From: Callorhinchus milii
Lineage: Eukaryota
Length of the DNA stretch: 64,000 nucleotides
Assembly (NCBI RefSeq): GCF_018977255.1
Contig: NW_024704743.1
Coordinates: 30,196,001 to 30,260,000 of the forward strand
Direction: 5' to 3'
Below are positions 38,188 to 50,871 of this stretch, piece after piece; the first letter of the stretch is position 1; each line of letters opens with the position of its first letter. The translations under genes and the position numbers were made by a program. The notes beneath the pieces are model-generated. The model saw only the letters and a program-made list of their open reading frames with translations. It ran no database searches and was not told the DNA's origin.

Positions 38188-38375
38188 CACAGAGCTATAT
38201 AGACACCGATGGCCCCAAGTTTAAATCTCAGTCTGTACTGAGTAAACTGATCTCACTCAGGGCAGCAATGGGACTGCTCTAATTGGCTTCAGCAATGCTT
38301 GATTCTCATCTGAAAAGAGGGGAAGAAACAACCAGGGATCATGCTCCTGACTGCAATCCAGTGACTCCAGTCTGT
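38188..38375 (+). mobile_element. AmnSINE2-like SINE fragment
   Basis: CTGTACTGAGTAAACTGATCTCA..AATTGGCTTCAG..CCAGGGATCATGCTCCTGACTGCAATCCAGTGAC; family name from recall. Confidence 0.6.
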
Positions 38376-38387
38376 CTGTATGGGCTG

Positions 38388-38537
38388 CGTGTGTGTGTGT
38401 GTGTGTTTGAGCGTGTGAATGCAGTTTGTGTCACCTGCCTGGGTACATATATAGTAGGTGTATGTATGTATATACTGTGTTTCTGTCTGCATATGTGATG
38501 TGTGGATGTGTGTGTGTCTGTGTGTGTGTCAGTGTGT
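38388..38537. repeat. Imperfect (TG)n low-complexity tract
   Basis: Interrupted TG/TATG runs. Confidence 0.85.
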
Positions 38538-38619
38538 ACACAAACATTCCCCCAGCTTGGTGCCAGCCAGCATTGTCAAACACTGGAATATCCTCCCGAT
38601 GTGAAAGGTGCTATATAAT

Positions 38620-39112
38620 TTTTGGGGGATCAGCCAGATGTCTGACACATGCGGAAACCTATCACCCATACATGGAATTCCCAGAGATAGATTGTTGGAA
38701 TGGTAAGTGCACTCTCTCCTGGAGGGACACATCCTGCTTACCTAATTCCGGAAAGGATTAGACTCAGGATGGCAGGAGCCAAGGCTTGGGGACCCCAGAG
38801 TGTGGGTTGGAGTACTGCTGGATTCTAACCGGCTGAAACCATATAGCTTGCCATTGATATTGCTGCCTGGCAAGCTTTCCCGCTGCTTGTCCAGTTAGGA
38901 CCATCCAAGCCACTACAGCTTTGGCTTGCAGGGTTAGTGGGAGCTGAGTGGGATGACTCCCTGCTCCTAGTGACTGGTCTGCCCTTTCAGGCCCAGTGTT
39001 GCCCTGGAATACTGTGGACCTGCCTGGCTCAGGAACCGGACTACCGAGACCACCACAGAGGGCTGGCTCGATTCTGACATTCTATTACCAGACATGTCAC
39101 CTTGTAGCTCCA
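38620..39112 (-). mobile_element. Unclassified interspersed repeat (family U), copy 1
   Basis: Reverse complement of 48237-48757. Confidence 0.85.
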
Positions 39113-39167
39113 AAGAATCTCCGTTTATGTGCTATATCAATGTGAAATATATTGCATGTATTGGTGC

Positions 39168-39330
39168 GGTGAGTGTTTCTGTGTGTGTGTGTGTGTGTGT
39201 CTGTGTGTGCATATGTTGGCGTGTGTCTGTGTGTGTCTGTATGTGTTGGAGTTTATGTGGTATGTGTATCTCTGTTTGTGTTTGTGGTGTGTATCTGTGC
39301 TACAAGTGTTAGGTGTGCAGAGTGCGTGTA
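39168..39330. repeat. Imperfect (TG)n tract
   Basis: Interrupted TG runs. Confidence 0.85.
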
Positions 39331-40657
39331 TAACACATACATGAGAACAAAACATGCTTAGCTGTGAAATCCTGGCAGGTGAGTTGCCTGCCAACACTTG
39401 ATGTCTGGGTTCAGGGTACAGAATGACCATTTGAGACAGTACCGGAGGGTGTCCAATGCCTGATTTATGAGACAGCAGGTTCTCAACAGGAGGAAAAANT
39501 TGCAGTGAAGTTTTTTTTTACAAAAATGAACCAAAAACCTCTCGACAGATTTGATATTAGGCCAGGTTCTGACAAGTCTCTGGAGCGGTCCACATGCTTA
39601 ATGTTTTTTNGCATGCTGACTGGAATAGCCCTTTAAAAAGCATGTTGTTCAAAAAGAAATTCCAATAAAGGGAACCAGTGCGAATATGGGTTGAAATGTC
39701 TTGGTGGTATTTTGACTCACGGAATCTTAATTGTGTGATACTGAATTTAAAATATACCCCAAGGAATTATGGTCAGCAATACAGCACAGAACAGTGCTGG
39801 GATTTGGCTGTTCACAGGCTGAGCAGCCTGTGCACCAAGAAACAGAGTTGCAGCTACTGCCTAGAAGTGCCCTGACAGATCAGGTTAACTTATGCAGGAT
39901 GCACTGAAACCTATAATTAAAGGGCACTCCACTGGCTGGCCAAAAAAANCGCTTTGAGGATGTGAATGCAATTTAATTCTGAGGAATTTTCCCCAGTTAG
40001 TTTGACTCTTAGTCGTTTTGCTCAAACAAGCCAGAACACAATTATTCTTGTTTTCTGTGGAAAGAAATACTGAATACAACTTCATGTCTATTGTCCACCT
40101 GCAGAGGAAGGGGATTGCCATTTAAAACAGAGATCCGCTTTAACAGAACATCATTAACCTGGGCTACAGTATATATTCAAGCAAAAAATTGTACTATGGA
40201 TTTTTATATTCAGCAATTTATTGCCAATTTAATGTTATTTTACTTACTGTTAACCATACAAGCCAAAGCCTTAAAAGGTAGGGTGATCCTGGTTGGACAA
40301 ACAGCGGTAAACTTGCTAGACAATGTTGGCAATGGCAACATGTTTTAGCTGGTTAAGCTTCAGCGGTATCCCAAACAGTGGGGACCCAAAGTCTTGGCTT
40401 CTGCCAACCTGCACCTAATACTTTCCGGGATTCGGCAGAGTGCGTTCCTCTAGTGGGAAAGAATGCATGTTTCATTCCAGACAAGGGGAAATTTCAATAA
40501 ATATTTGGAACTCTCAGTAGTTTTGCCCACAAAATACACAGTCAAATTACTTTACAGTATATGATTTGAAGCGCTTTGAGACGTCTCAATGACATGATAA
40601 GGCACAAATCAAATACAAGGATTATTATATACAGTATTACAATTATACTGTAATTAT

Positions 40658-41221
40658 ACTCCACTGGCTCCCCATCCCCCAGAGGATTGATTTCAAGATC
40701 CTCATCCTCACCTACAAGGCCATTCACGGCCTTGCTCCCTCCTACCTCTCTGACCTACTATCCCCCTACCTACCTGCCCGTACCCTCCGTTCCTCTGGCT
40801 CCGGTCTGCTCCACGTCCCCCGCCCCAACCGCCCTACCATCGGTGGTCGGGCCTTCAGCCTCTCAGCCCCCAGGCTCTGGAACTCCATCCCCCAGTGCCT
40901 TCGCCGCCTCCCCCCTTTCCTCCTTCAAGGCCGGTCTCAAAACCTTTCTCTTTAACCGTGCCTTCAGCTCCCCTCTCGACTCTCTTCCCCTCCTCGCTCC
41001 CTCCCTTCCCTCCCTCACCCTGACCATTTGCCCCCTCCTCGCTCCCTCCCTTCCCTCCCTCACCCTGACCATTTGCCCCTCCTCGCTCCCTCCCTTCCCT
41101 CCCCTCACCCTGACCATTTCCCCCCTGCTCGGGTCACGACCCAACTGTGCAGCGCCTTGGGACGTCCTCCTGACGTGAAAGGCGCTTTATAAATGGAATC
41201 TTGTTGTTGTTGTTGTTGTTG
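40658..41221 (+). mobile_element. Young L2 3' fragment
   Basis: CTCCACTGGCTCCCCATCCCCCAGAGGATTGATTTCAAGATCCTC..; peptide SSFKAGLKTFLFNRAF; (TTG)n tail. Confidence 0.92.
40987..41125. repeat. Minisatellite, 3 x 44-45 bp, in the L2 3' UTR
   Basis: Unit CCCCTCCTCGCTCCCTCCCTTCCCTCCCTCACCCTGACCATTTG. Confidence 0.92.
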
Positions 41222-43189
41222 TATAATTTGGATTGGTTTTATCTTAAGCTTGGCGATTTGCTTCCTTGTGTGTCAGACACCTGGTTGCCAAAAAATTCTA
41301 AATTAAAATGAATTAGGAGTAATAGGCGTGTATTGTGCACATGGGTTACATGGAGTGCACTGGTCATCAACCCCTAGAGTGGAGAAAGTACAGAGCATGC
41401 TCACCTCGGTGTGAGAGGTGGTGCAGTTCACTCCATCAGAAAACAGTTCATAGAGTTTCATTGAGTAATATGGCACAGAAGCAAAATGTTCAGCCCAACC
41501 AATCCGTGCTAGTGTTTGTACTCCACGCAAACTCCCATCTCTCTACACCCCTCCTATTCACTTCTCCCTCATGTGTGCATCCCTCCTCCCTTAGGCAGTT
41601 CAAAGTAACTTTGAACAATAAAGGAACACGACTAGAAAAAATTGCTGAATGATTACTATAAACAAAAGAACGTCAAAGGGGAATTAAAGTTTACATCCAG
41701 CGTCGCACAGAACCTTGTAAATGTTGCATGCCTACACCAGCATCGTAAAACACAGCATGTGATATTGATACCTGCTCTGTCTTGAAAGAGTGGCTCTGAA
41801 TTATCAGGTGAAACTAAACAGTGCACAGCCATCAGCACAAGGATCTGCTGTTATTCATAACGGTAGCAAGACGTTTTTGGGGGAGTGGAAAAGTTGTTCC
41901 AGGACTATGTGTGTGAATTGTTGTGCCTGTTGTATTTATCTTTCCTGGTAGTGCAGTGTTCCCAGCACTGTCCTGTGATCAGATTTTCAGTAAATTGTAG
42001 AAAGCTTATGCATTGTGGCCTCTTGCCGTGAATCTGTCACATCGACCAATGCAAATGAATACAGATGAATAATACAGGCACTTTCATTTGTCTGCATGTA
42101 TTGCAAAAAGGATGGCAAAAAGATAGCGATCGCAGGCTGTGCACGAAAGAAAAGATCACAGATGGAGTGGGGGGGGGGGGGGTGGGGGGAGTAAATGATG
42201 GATGTAGCAGCAAAAAAAAAGACGAATATGATTTAACAGCAAAGGAGAGATAACAGGATCTTAAACCAAGTGGACACAGGTCACGAGGGTTTTGGACAGA
42301 GAAGAAGAGAAGCAGAATCACTTTCATGATATTAGTCCAGAGTGAATACTGAACTTACTCACTCCATCTCTGGGTTTCAAAATGGCTTGCCTTGGAGACC
42401 AGTTCAGATGACCTGGGTCTGGGCTGATCTTGTTTGAACATCAAAGGAGTGGCAACAAGATTAAACTGTCATTAGCCACAGTGAGAGAGAGAATGAAGAA
42501 GGAATATGCAGATACAGTAGAAAGAAGATGCATAGGATTGCAGAAATGTAGAGAAATGGAAATGTAGAGAAACATAAACATTTTCAGTACAGAGGCCATT
42601 CATTGAGCTCAATGTAACTGTTGCCCGTTTTTCTAAATTTCCCATTTTTTATTAATCCCACTTTCTAGGTTTTTCCCCTTATCCCTAGAGGCAGCATTTA
42701 TAAGCAGAGTGGGGCACTTGGCAGGCAGGCAGAACCTGTAAAATGACTAACAAGAGCACAAGAACAGTGGGAACAAGGAAAAAAAGGAGTATGGAAGTCA
42801 TTACGATACAACTTGTGCAAGAGTTATTGTAATGGTTACTCACACAGATAGTTAAGTTCTTGGTTTCTGTCAAAGAAAGGTAACCATCATTTATATTGTG
42901 CAAACGAGGCAAATTAATCTCAGATATAGGGGGAACAAGACAGCAGGAAAAGACAAGCTAGTTCTAGAGATATAGCGGCAACAAGGGAACCACCGGGTTC
43001 TATCGACAAAGGTCGGTATGAGGCAGACGGGATCACAGAGCAGGACTAAACCAATGAGGATCACTGACAGAGTGGGAGCTGAGCAGACAAGGTTATACTG
43101 AGACTATGCAGAAGAAACAAAATCACAGACTGAGTGGGAATAAGATAGCCCGATAAGCCGCAAAGCAGGTGTGATCGCAGAAAATGGGA

Positions 43190-43378
43190 ACTTTTCCGGG
43201 GGTAATAATCCCTTGAAAAATAACTTGCTCACTCAATCCACGACTGTTTGTGGGAGGCTGCTGTGTGTGATTAGCTGCCGTGTTTTGCGCACAAAGTATA
43301 CAGTATATTCTGTGAAGAGCTTTGAGATATTTCAAAGACGTGATAAGGCACTATATCAATTGCAAGGATTATTATTAT
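43190..43378 (+). mobile_element. SINE 3' half (variant B)
   Basis: CTTTTCCGGGGGTAATAATCCC, core and tail. Confidence 0.82.
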
Positions 43379-45578
43379 GATTAAATAATGGACATGGAAT
43401 TTGACCCTCAACTTTCTGATTCAGAAGTGAGAGCATTAACAACTGAGTCAGGTTAACATCTAACCTGTATGCTTAACCGCCAAGGTAGGTAAATTTAGCG
43501 AAACTTAGAGAGCTGATCGAGGAGTGCCATCACACAGGATACCAACTAAAACTGCACTAAAACACCATGATTGCTATTGGAAGCAGCAATAGCAGTTTTA
43601 AAATTTTTAATCCAAAGTCGGGTGAGTTGGGGTGGGGGAGAAAATATTCATCACCAACAGCCAGTCTTTAGGAATAGAAAGAAAAATAGGATGTTTTGTA
43701 AGAGATTCTATAACACATTGGATAATTACCACACCTGACTCCAAACTTTGCATTTTTCATCCCCAGGTTCTAGAAGTGAAAGAATATTGTTCTGCCTCAA
43801 GGAAAGACTAAAACTGATAATTTAAATGGATTGGCAATGGAAACAACTACTATATATTGTATTGCAATATACAGCAATTCAATAACTATTATGGTGGCAT
43901 GATTTCACTGTGAGGGAAGAAATCGCCCACGTACATTTGCAACTAATAGGGTTATTCAAACCAACCTTTTAATATTCTGGTGCCTCGCTAGTAGACTTTT
44001 ATCCACATGAATAGAGTAAATAAAACTTCTTTTGTTAAAACAGATACAAAGTCTCAGTGTGGGAAAAGCAGAAAGTATAAAATCTATCAGCCCTTTTCAC
44101 AAATCTTTTGTTCAAGGTATAAATTGGTCGACAACACTTGAAGAGAAAATGTCTTCGTAATTATCAACCTATTCCATTTGCTGGAACACTCGATTATAAT
44201 TTTTCTTTGGGATGTGATCCTTAATTATGCAGTTGTCTATTCATTTTGAATAACTGGGAGATTGTGCTGAAAAAAGCACCGAGAATGAAAAAAAAACATT
44301 GGAGCGCATTACCGTCTAATCATGTTAAATGGCTGCTCAGCCCATATAGGAACAAAAATTAACCTGACTGCATAGAAGACAAAAANGAAGAAAATTGCAA
44401 AACAGTAATGTAAATAAGCTGGAAAGAGTAACGAAAGTGGTGCACAATTGGACGTCTGTTTAGTCCCTGAAGGGAAACAGCAATCTGTTTTGTCATCTCT
44501 TGTTGAATATATTGAAGGAGGCAAATACCAAATGCCATGAAGTGCTCACAGCAATTTGTTAGCCAAGCTCTTTGATACATTGCCATTAGTCAGGCTCCGT
44601 CTTAGCTTTACATCACAGGACAGCTGCATCAGGTTTCTAGACATCAGCGTTCATCTAAAAAACAATGTCCCAGCAGGTTGTCTAAGTCAGAGGGGCAAAG
44701 TCAGCTCATCAATTCGGGATTTAGAACCTGCAATGACTTTTAGTCTGGCTGCAACCCCACATTCAGATTTTAGGCCTATGGCTATGGTCTCAAGGATAGA
44801 TCAATGTCAAAGCTAATAAAGAGCTGATCTCAGAAGAATTTCGACTGCTCAGGGCCGTAAAACTTCTATCAAGCCTCTTGGCCACACGTGAATCCATTTT
44901 ATGAATTTTTCAAACCAAGACTGAAACCAGTTTAATCATTCTATCACACAATAATTGAAAATAAAGGGCGTTGGGAGGGGGGCTGGTGGCAGGTGAGGCG
45001 GGGGGTTGGGTTGGGATCACAATTATTTTTTTCCCTTCCACATAAAATTGATCACATAGATTTAATCAAAATAATTACCTTATTTTGTTTATTAAAAAAA
45101 GGTTCTGAATTCATTGAATACACTAATGATTCGTGCTGTGCCATTTGTGGTCAAATGATTGTTATGATCGATATTTGGCCACAATACATTGATAATGAAT
45201 TTAATGTCTTTAACTTTGTATGGCCAGCTCTGATTCGAAACACACAGCAATTAATAGCCTTTTTAAAAATATCACATCCTTATACTTACACATCCACGCA
45301 TTATATATGTGATATAATTCACATTGTGAAAGATAAATTCAAGATCTGTGGTGTAATTAATTTTTAGCACATACAGGCATATTACGAGGGCATGTCTTCA
45401 AGAACTTTTGAGTCTAATTGGTGGGATTTGTTAACACGATTCTGTAATAATTAATATATTGAGGGAGGGAATACCAAATGTCATAAAAGGTTCACAGCCA
45501 TTTGTTAGGCAAGCTACCAGTTGTGCATCGATCATTCCTTGTAATTGGACATATATCATGCTGACCTACAGAAAATCT

Positions 45579-46740
45579 CATAGAATCATAGAAATTTACA
45601 GCACAGAAGAAAGCTATTCAGCCCATCTTCACTGTGCTGGTTCTTTTGAAGAGAATCCTTTCAGTTCCATTTACCTGCCCTTTCCACATAACCCTGTAGT
45701 TTAACAACAACAACAACTTGCATTTATATAGCGCCCTTCACATAGCTCAGCGTCTACAGAGCAGCGTTTACAACAACAACAAGATTACATTTGTATAGCG
45801 CCTTTCACGTCTGGAGGACATCCCAAGGCGCTGAACAGTGTACAGCATTTCAGACCTGAGCTGGGTTCAGGGAGGGAGAAGGGAGTGGAGAGGAAGGGGG
45901 GTGACCGATGGCATGGTCGAAGAGGAGGATTTTGAGGTGGGACTTGAAGGAGGTTAAGGAGGGGGCGAGGCGGAGTGATTGGGGGATAGAATTCCAGAGG
46001 TTGGGGGCAGAGTGGCTGAAGGCTCTCCTGCCAATGGTGGGGGGGGGGTGGGTGGGGGGACGTGGAGCAGGCCAGAGCCGGCTGAGCGGAGGGAGCGGGC
46101 GGGTTGGTAGGGAGTTAGGAGGTCGCAGAGGTGGGGTGGGGTTTTGTAGGTGAGGACCAGGATCTTGAACTGGATCCTTTGAAGGATAGGGAGCCAATGG
46201 AGTCGAACGAGAATGGGGGAGATGGGGTCGCGGAGGTTGTGCGGGAGAGAATATGGATTATCTGCAGCCTGTGGAGGGAGGAGTTTGGAAGGCCGACAAG
46301 CAGGGCGTTTGCATAGTCGAACCTGGAGATGATGAAGGCATGAACAAGAGTTTCAGCGGCCTGAGGGGTGAGTAGTGGCAGAGTTGGGTGATGTTACGGA
46401 GGAAAGAAATGATAGTTGAGGGTCAAACAAGACACCTGGGTTCCTGACTGGCTTGGTGAGTTGTAGTGTGCAACCATGGAGGTTTACTCCTTTTCAGATA
46501 TTGAAAATGAATATGGATTCTGGCTCAATCACCACTGCTGGCAGGACATTCCATATCCTGAGTGTGGGACAAAAAATTATCCTAATTTCATCATTTGCTC
46601 ATTTGCTAGCTATGCTAAATTTATGCCCTTCAGTCATTCACTCACAGAACAGGGGAAATAATTTCTCCATATTGCCTCTATTAAAACCTCTCATAATTTT
46701 GAAGACCTCTACCAGGTCATCACTCAACCTTCTTTGCTCC
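45579..46740 (-). mobile_element. CR1 3' region (45579-45700 and 46480-46740) interrupted by two L2 insertions
   Basis: CATAGAATCATAGAAATTTACAGCACAGAAG tail; TTAAAACCTCTCATAATTTTGAAGACCTCTACCAGGTC. Confidence 0.7.
45770..46470 (-). mobile_element. L2 3' fragment
   Basis: Peptide TIGRRAFSHSAPNLWNSIPQSLRLAPSLTSFKSHLKILLFDHA; (CAA)n tail. Confidence 0.92.
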
Positions 46741-46915
46741 ATCCCGATCTACTTCCGGAGCAGAGTCCTCGTGGGTCTGCGGAATTTCTCATGGGAATTC
46801 ACATTAACGAATTTCAGTTACAAACTTGCAAATTCAACCCCATCTTTGTGAGAACTTTTCCTTGTTTAGCCTTCAACAAGAGACAGAAAATCCATGTGCC
46901 ATCTTATCATATGGC

Positions 46916-46949
<34 letters not shown>
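46916..46949. repeat. (TTA)n microsatellite
   Basis: About 11 perfect TTA units. Confidence 0.9.
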
Positions 46950-46950
<1 letters not shown>

Positions 46951-48236
46951 GTCACCTCTCTCTTTCTCTTCTCTAACTCTCAGGTGTCCAACCCCACCAT
47001 TGTGCAATGCACCAAGATGCTACCCTGTAGGAAGGATACATAAATAATGCTGTATAAATGCAAGTTGCTATTGTTGTTGAAATTATAGGCACTCATTATA
47101 TCTCCGGTCCAGCTACAAATTGAAAACTTTAGTTTGGCTTAATGGAACTCTTAACATTAAACCTTCAATAGGAAAGCACCTCTATGTGACAATACACAGT
47201 AGGAAGCTATACAGTATTCTATACAGTACTATGTCTGTGACCGCATCCAATGATCGAAGAACTCTTGCAGTTCTTAAACTTTTATGTATTTGACTGTATA
47301 TATTGATTCTCCTGGATGCAATGTGGAGCTGGAAGTCAGATTTATACTTCACATCTCATTGGTCAGGGCTGCTTAATATTTAACACCTTATATTGGAGGT
47401 TTGCAAATACGCAAACTCCAAAATGGGATCATTAGATGTTTAAAATCATTAGATCTTTAACATTATTAATGTTATTAAACATCTGTTGCGATACAAGAAA
47501 GGTTCAGATGAAGAAACCTTTTTAGAAGCAGAGAAAGACTCAGGGAAAATGTGCTACAGGAATGGACAACAATTCATTTAGTCCATTGGATGCTTTGGTA
47601 ACACTGTCAGCAAGTTTTGGTTACCTTTGGAGTAAAGATTTTGCCTTTACTGCAAAGGGAAAGAATTCCAAGAACAACATGCTTTGTGCCAAGCCCTCTG
47701 AGACTCTGTCCTGAATGAATATAAATGTATGTAGTCAAGGCTGTATGTGAAGCTCCAGCACTGGTATTCTGTTCCTGGCTTAAATGTGAAGGCCTGGCTT
47801 AAGTCCTTTCAGATGTTGTTCACACTGCTCCCTCCTGTCATCATTTTTACACTGCACGTTTGGCAGAGAATAGCTGTAATTTTGGCAGAGAGACGTTGCC
47901 AAATGTGCAGTCTAAATGGGAACTCTGGGAGGAATAATCCCCTGGGAGTCCAACTCCAGATTTAGACAGACAGTGCCATTGCCTAGAGAATTACCAGACA
48001 GTTTTTTTTATTGCAAAGTTAACACTTGGAGGAGATGATTTATGGAGCGGTGTGATTCTCCCTCACACAATATGAACACAGTCAGTATGAATCACATTGC
48101 CCTATTCCTGTATAATCCTTTTAAAATTCTCCAACATATCCAATTGTTAAGCAATTGAATGTACAACCAGCTTTGTGAGAACATTAACAAAAATCTACCA
48201 TTAAACATTCCTATATTGCTCAGAGTATAGGCAACT

Positions 48237-48757
48237 GGCTCCAAGGTGACATGCCTGGCAATGGAATGTCCGAATCGAGCCAGCCCTCTATGGCGATCTC
48301 GGTAGTCCGTTTACTGAGCCAGTTGGGTCCGCAGTATTCCACGGCACTGCTGATGACAGCACAGCCAGCCTGGCTCTGTGGCAGGACATGGAAGGGCAGG
48401 CCATTCACTGGGGGTAGGGAGTCATCCCACTCAGCTATTGTTAATCCTGCAACACAAAGCCCTAACGGGTAGGGTGGTCCTAGCTGGACAAGCAGTAGAA
48501 AGCTTGCCAGACAGCAATATCTTGGGGACTCCAACGCACACCCTGGGATCCCCAAGCCTTGGCTCTTGACAACCTGCGCGTAATACTTTATGGAATTAAG
48601 TAAACGGGATGTGTCCCTCCAGAGGAGAGAGTACACATTCCATTCCAACAATCTATCTCTGGGATTTCCATGTGTAGATGGGTTGCTTGGAAATCTCAGC
48701 TTGGTTTGGATACGCTTAAGCATGGTGATGGATTTCTGCACCCGGCTGACCAAAAAA
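48237..48757 (+). mobile_element. Family U copy 3
   Basis: GGCTCCAAGGTGACATGCCTGGC ... GGCTGACCAAAAAA. Confidence 0.85.
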
Positions 48758-48839
48758 TATATACTGCCCAGAGTGAAGGTACATTTGCTCCCAGCAAGAC
48801 AAATATAACATTGTAATCTATGAAAGTCAGGACTCATTC

Positions 48840-49240
48840 ATGTTTGAGTATCATCCCAGCAGCAGGCTGAATGCTAAGGTTGCACACCACTTGGTTTAGC
48901 ATGAGGAAACAACCAGGTGGTTAATGAGTCAGAGTTAGAGGCATGGAAGTGTAGGTGGTGATGTGAACCAAACAACATTTCAGTCTTGCTGACATTCAGC
49001 GCAGAACGTTATGGGTCATCCAGGGCTTGAAGAAGACAGTCAGAAGAGTAGAGTTGAGGAGAAGTAAAGCTGGGTTTCATTGATATACACATAGAGGGCT
49101 AGAGTCACAAGTGAGAAACAACTTGCAAAGTTACACAGAGAACCAGTGGTGAATGCTATTCCATGACAGCATAGGGGAGAACGCCCAGTGCAGAGCACAA
49201 GGAAACGATGAAGCTATCCAAGATGACTCTGGGGCTCATT
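48840..49240 (-). mobile_element. Ancient L2 RT fragment
   Basis: TTTCAGTCTTGCTGACATTCAG..ATCCAGGGCTTG..GCTGGGTTTCATTGATATACAC corresponds to a decayed YADD..LNxxKTE region. Confidence 0.5.
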
Positions 49241-50871
49241 CCTTGACTTTTTTTACACTCTTATATCCACAGAGACTTGTGTGTTTGACCCTCACTCAGA
49301 AAGAGACAACCAACTAAAAATGTGCCAACAACAAATCGCATGCATATAATGTCTCCCAATGTGAAGGTGCTATATAAGTGCAATTTGTTGTTGTTTTGTC
49401 ATACGTACTATTCACGGATCTAATGTCCTTTGCTTCAAATGACTTAGCTTGTTCCTTTTTCCTTTATAAGTCAGTGGGAATGAAGTTTCGCCCACAAAAT
49501 ACACAGTTAATCCACTTTTTCTTTTACATTTAAAAATATACTGCATTAATCAATGCAGAGCCACTACATTTTAACAATAAAATCTTGTGAAGTGCTTTGG
49601 GACGTCTCAACGATGTGATAAGGTGCTATATCAAATGCAAGAATCATCGTTATACATTAAACTGTTTTAATACAAGGGCTGGGCAAGGAGTCTAAACATT
49701 TCTCTGAAGGAGTCTCTCACTTTCCTTAAAACCTGATCTAAATCTGATCGGGCAACCAATGGCATTTCTGCCAGCATGAAATCACCATATTCTGAAAAGA
49801 ACAGAGAACTCCCTCCAAATTACTTTCACATCTATAACATGTTTCTATGGTTCAAGTGGTTGATGCATAAAATACTACTGTTACATTTGTACAGATCCTA
49901 TCCTTTGAGCTTTCTGGTTGGGCTTGGATGAAGCAATAGAGAATACGTGTGGGTTTGGGTTTCTGTCTGTCCTTAAAGCCAAACGTAAAGTCTAATTACA
50001 TGGATAGGTCTTTATATCAGTGACTGTAGGAGTGGGGTGTAGCAGCACAGTGATTAATAACAGAGTATCATTTGACAAATTCTATTTGATAGCATTGTTC
50101 TTTCTCATCCACAAAATTCAATATTACTTTCTTAATTTTTTGATGTCAACGAGATGTCAACTTCTGCTATTGGCTTAAACACTTTGTTCCTAGGGTTGTT
50201 AACATCTTGTTGCATTCTCAAACTTTGTTTTGTAAAAAATCTCACTGAGTGCTTAAAAGCATACCTCAAGGGAAAACTCTGGTCTCTGAACAACTTTGAG
50301 TCAATTCAAATGTTTTACTTATATGGAACACTCAGCTATTAAACTGGCTCGCGGCATTTTTCATCATTTTCATCTGCCTGCTAAAACAAACTTAAAAGTA
50401 TGTTCCACTTGTGTGGTAAGAATAAGTGCCTCGGGAAGATCAATGACAATACTTTGTTATGGGATGATGATGTCAGGGTGCCAGCTGTTGTTGCCTGCAA
50501 CATATGGGAAGTTACATACAGGATAGCTTTGCTCATGGGTTCTCATGCTCCCCACACTCCCCCCACCCAACCCCCCACCCCTCCCACAATACCTGATTAG
50601 TTTGCAATTGAGCCATACAGAATGGGAGATATGGGGCAACCCCATTATAATGCATGGTTTGGGTCCATAATCTTTGAACTCGTCACTCCAAGGGAAAAGG
50701 GCGTAGAACAGATATCCGAGTGGATAGTTAGGTCCTCCTGGGCCACAAGGGGGTACTGTGATTCGTGTGGGCATTCAGTGGAGGTTGAGCGTGCGTGCTC
50801 AGATGCATCCCAGATTCATCTGATGTATTGAAGGAGTGTGCTGTGGTCTTTCACCTTATCCTGCAGCTTAC

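Larger units (their letters stand above)
40248..41295 (+). mobile_element. Family U copy 2, split by a SINE (40520-40628) and an L2 (40658-41221)
   Basis: Left part ends TTGGAACTCTCAGT; right part resumes TTTGGATTGG..CTTAAGC..GTGTCAGACACCTGG. Confidence 0.75.

Noticed and set aside
39094..39430. Cys/Val- and His/Thr-rich ORFs
   Set aside because: They are translations of the (TG)n/(CA)n microsatellite.
39499..39949. Single N bases (14844, 39499, 39610, 39949, 44386)
   Set aside because: All follow homopolymer runs, so they are assembly ambiguities rather than biology.
40987..41125. Regularly spaced repeat resembling a CRISPR array
   Set aside because: Head-to-tail minisatellite with no unique spacers, inside an L2 3' UTR of a vertebrate genome.
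42680..43185. Purine-rich stretch with CCAAT, a possible solo LTR
   Set aside because: No second copy, no clear TG..CA ends and no TSD; it cannot be supported.
48220..48837. Longest ORF in the window (205 aa)
   Set aside because: It lies across the family U repeat; the frame is not preserved in the other copies and no domain is recognisable.
50457..50831. Overlapping ORFs in CpG-containing unique sequence
   Set aside because: No recognisable motif or consistent splice boundaries in any frame.
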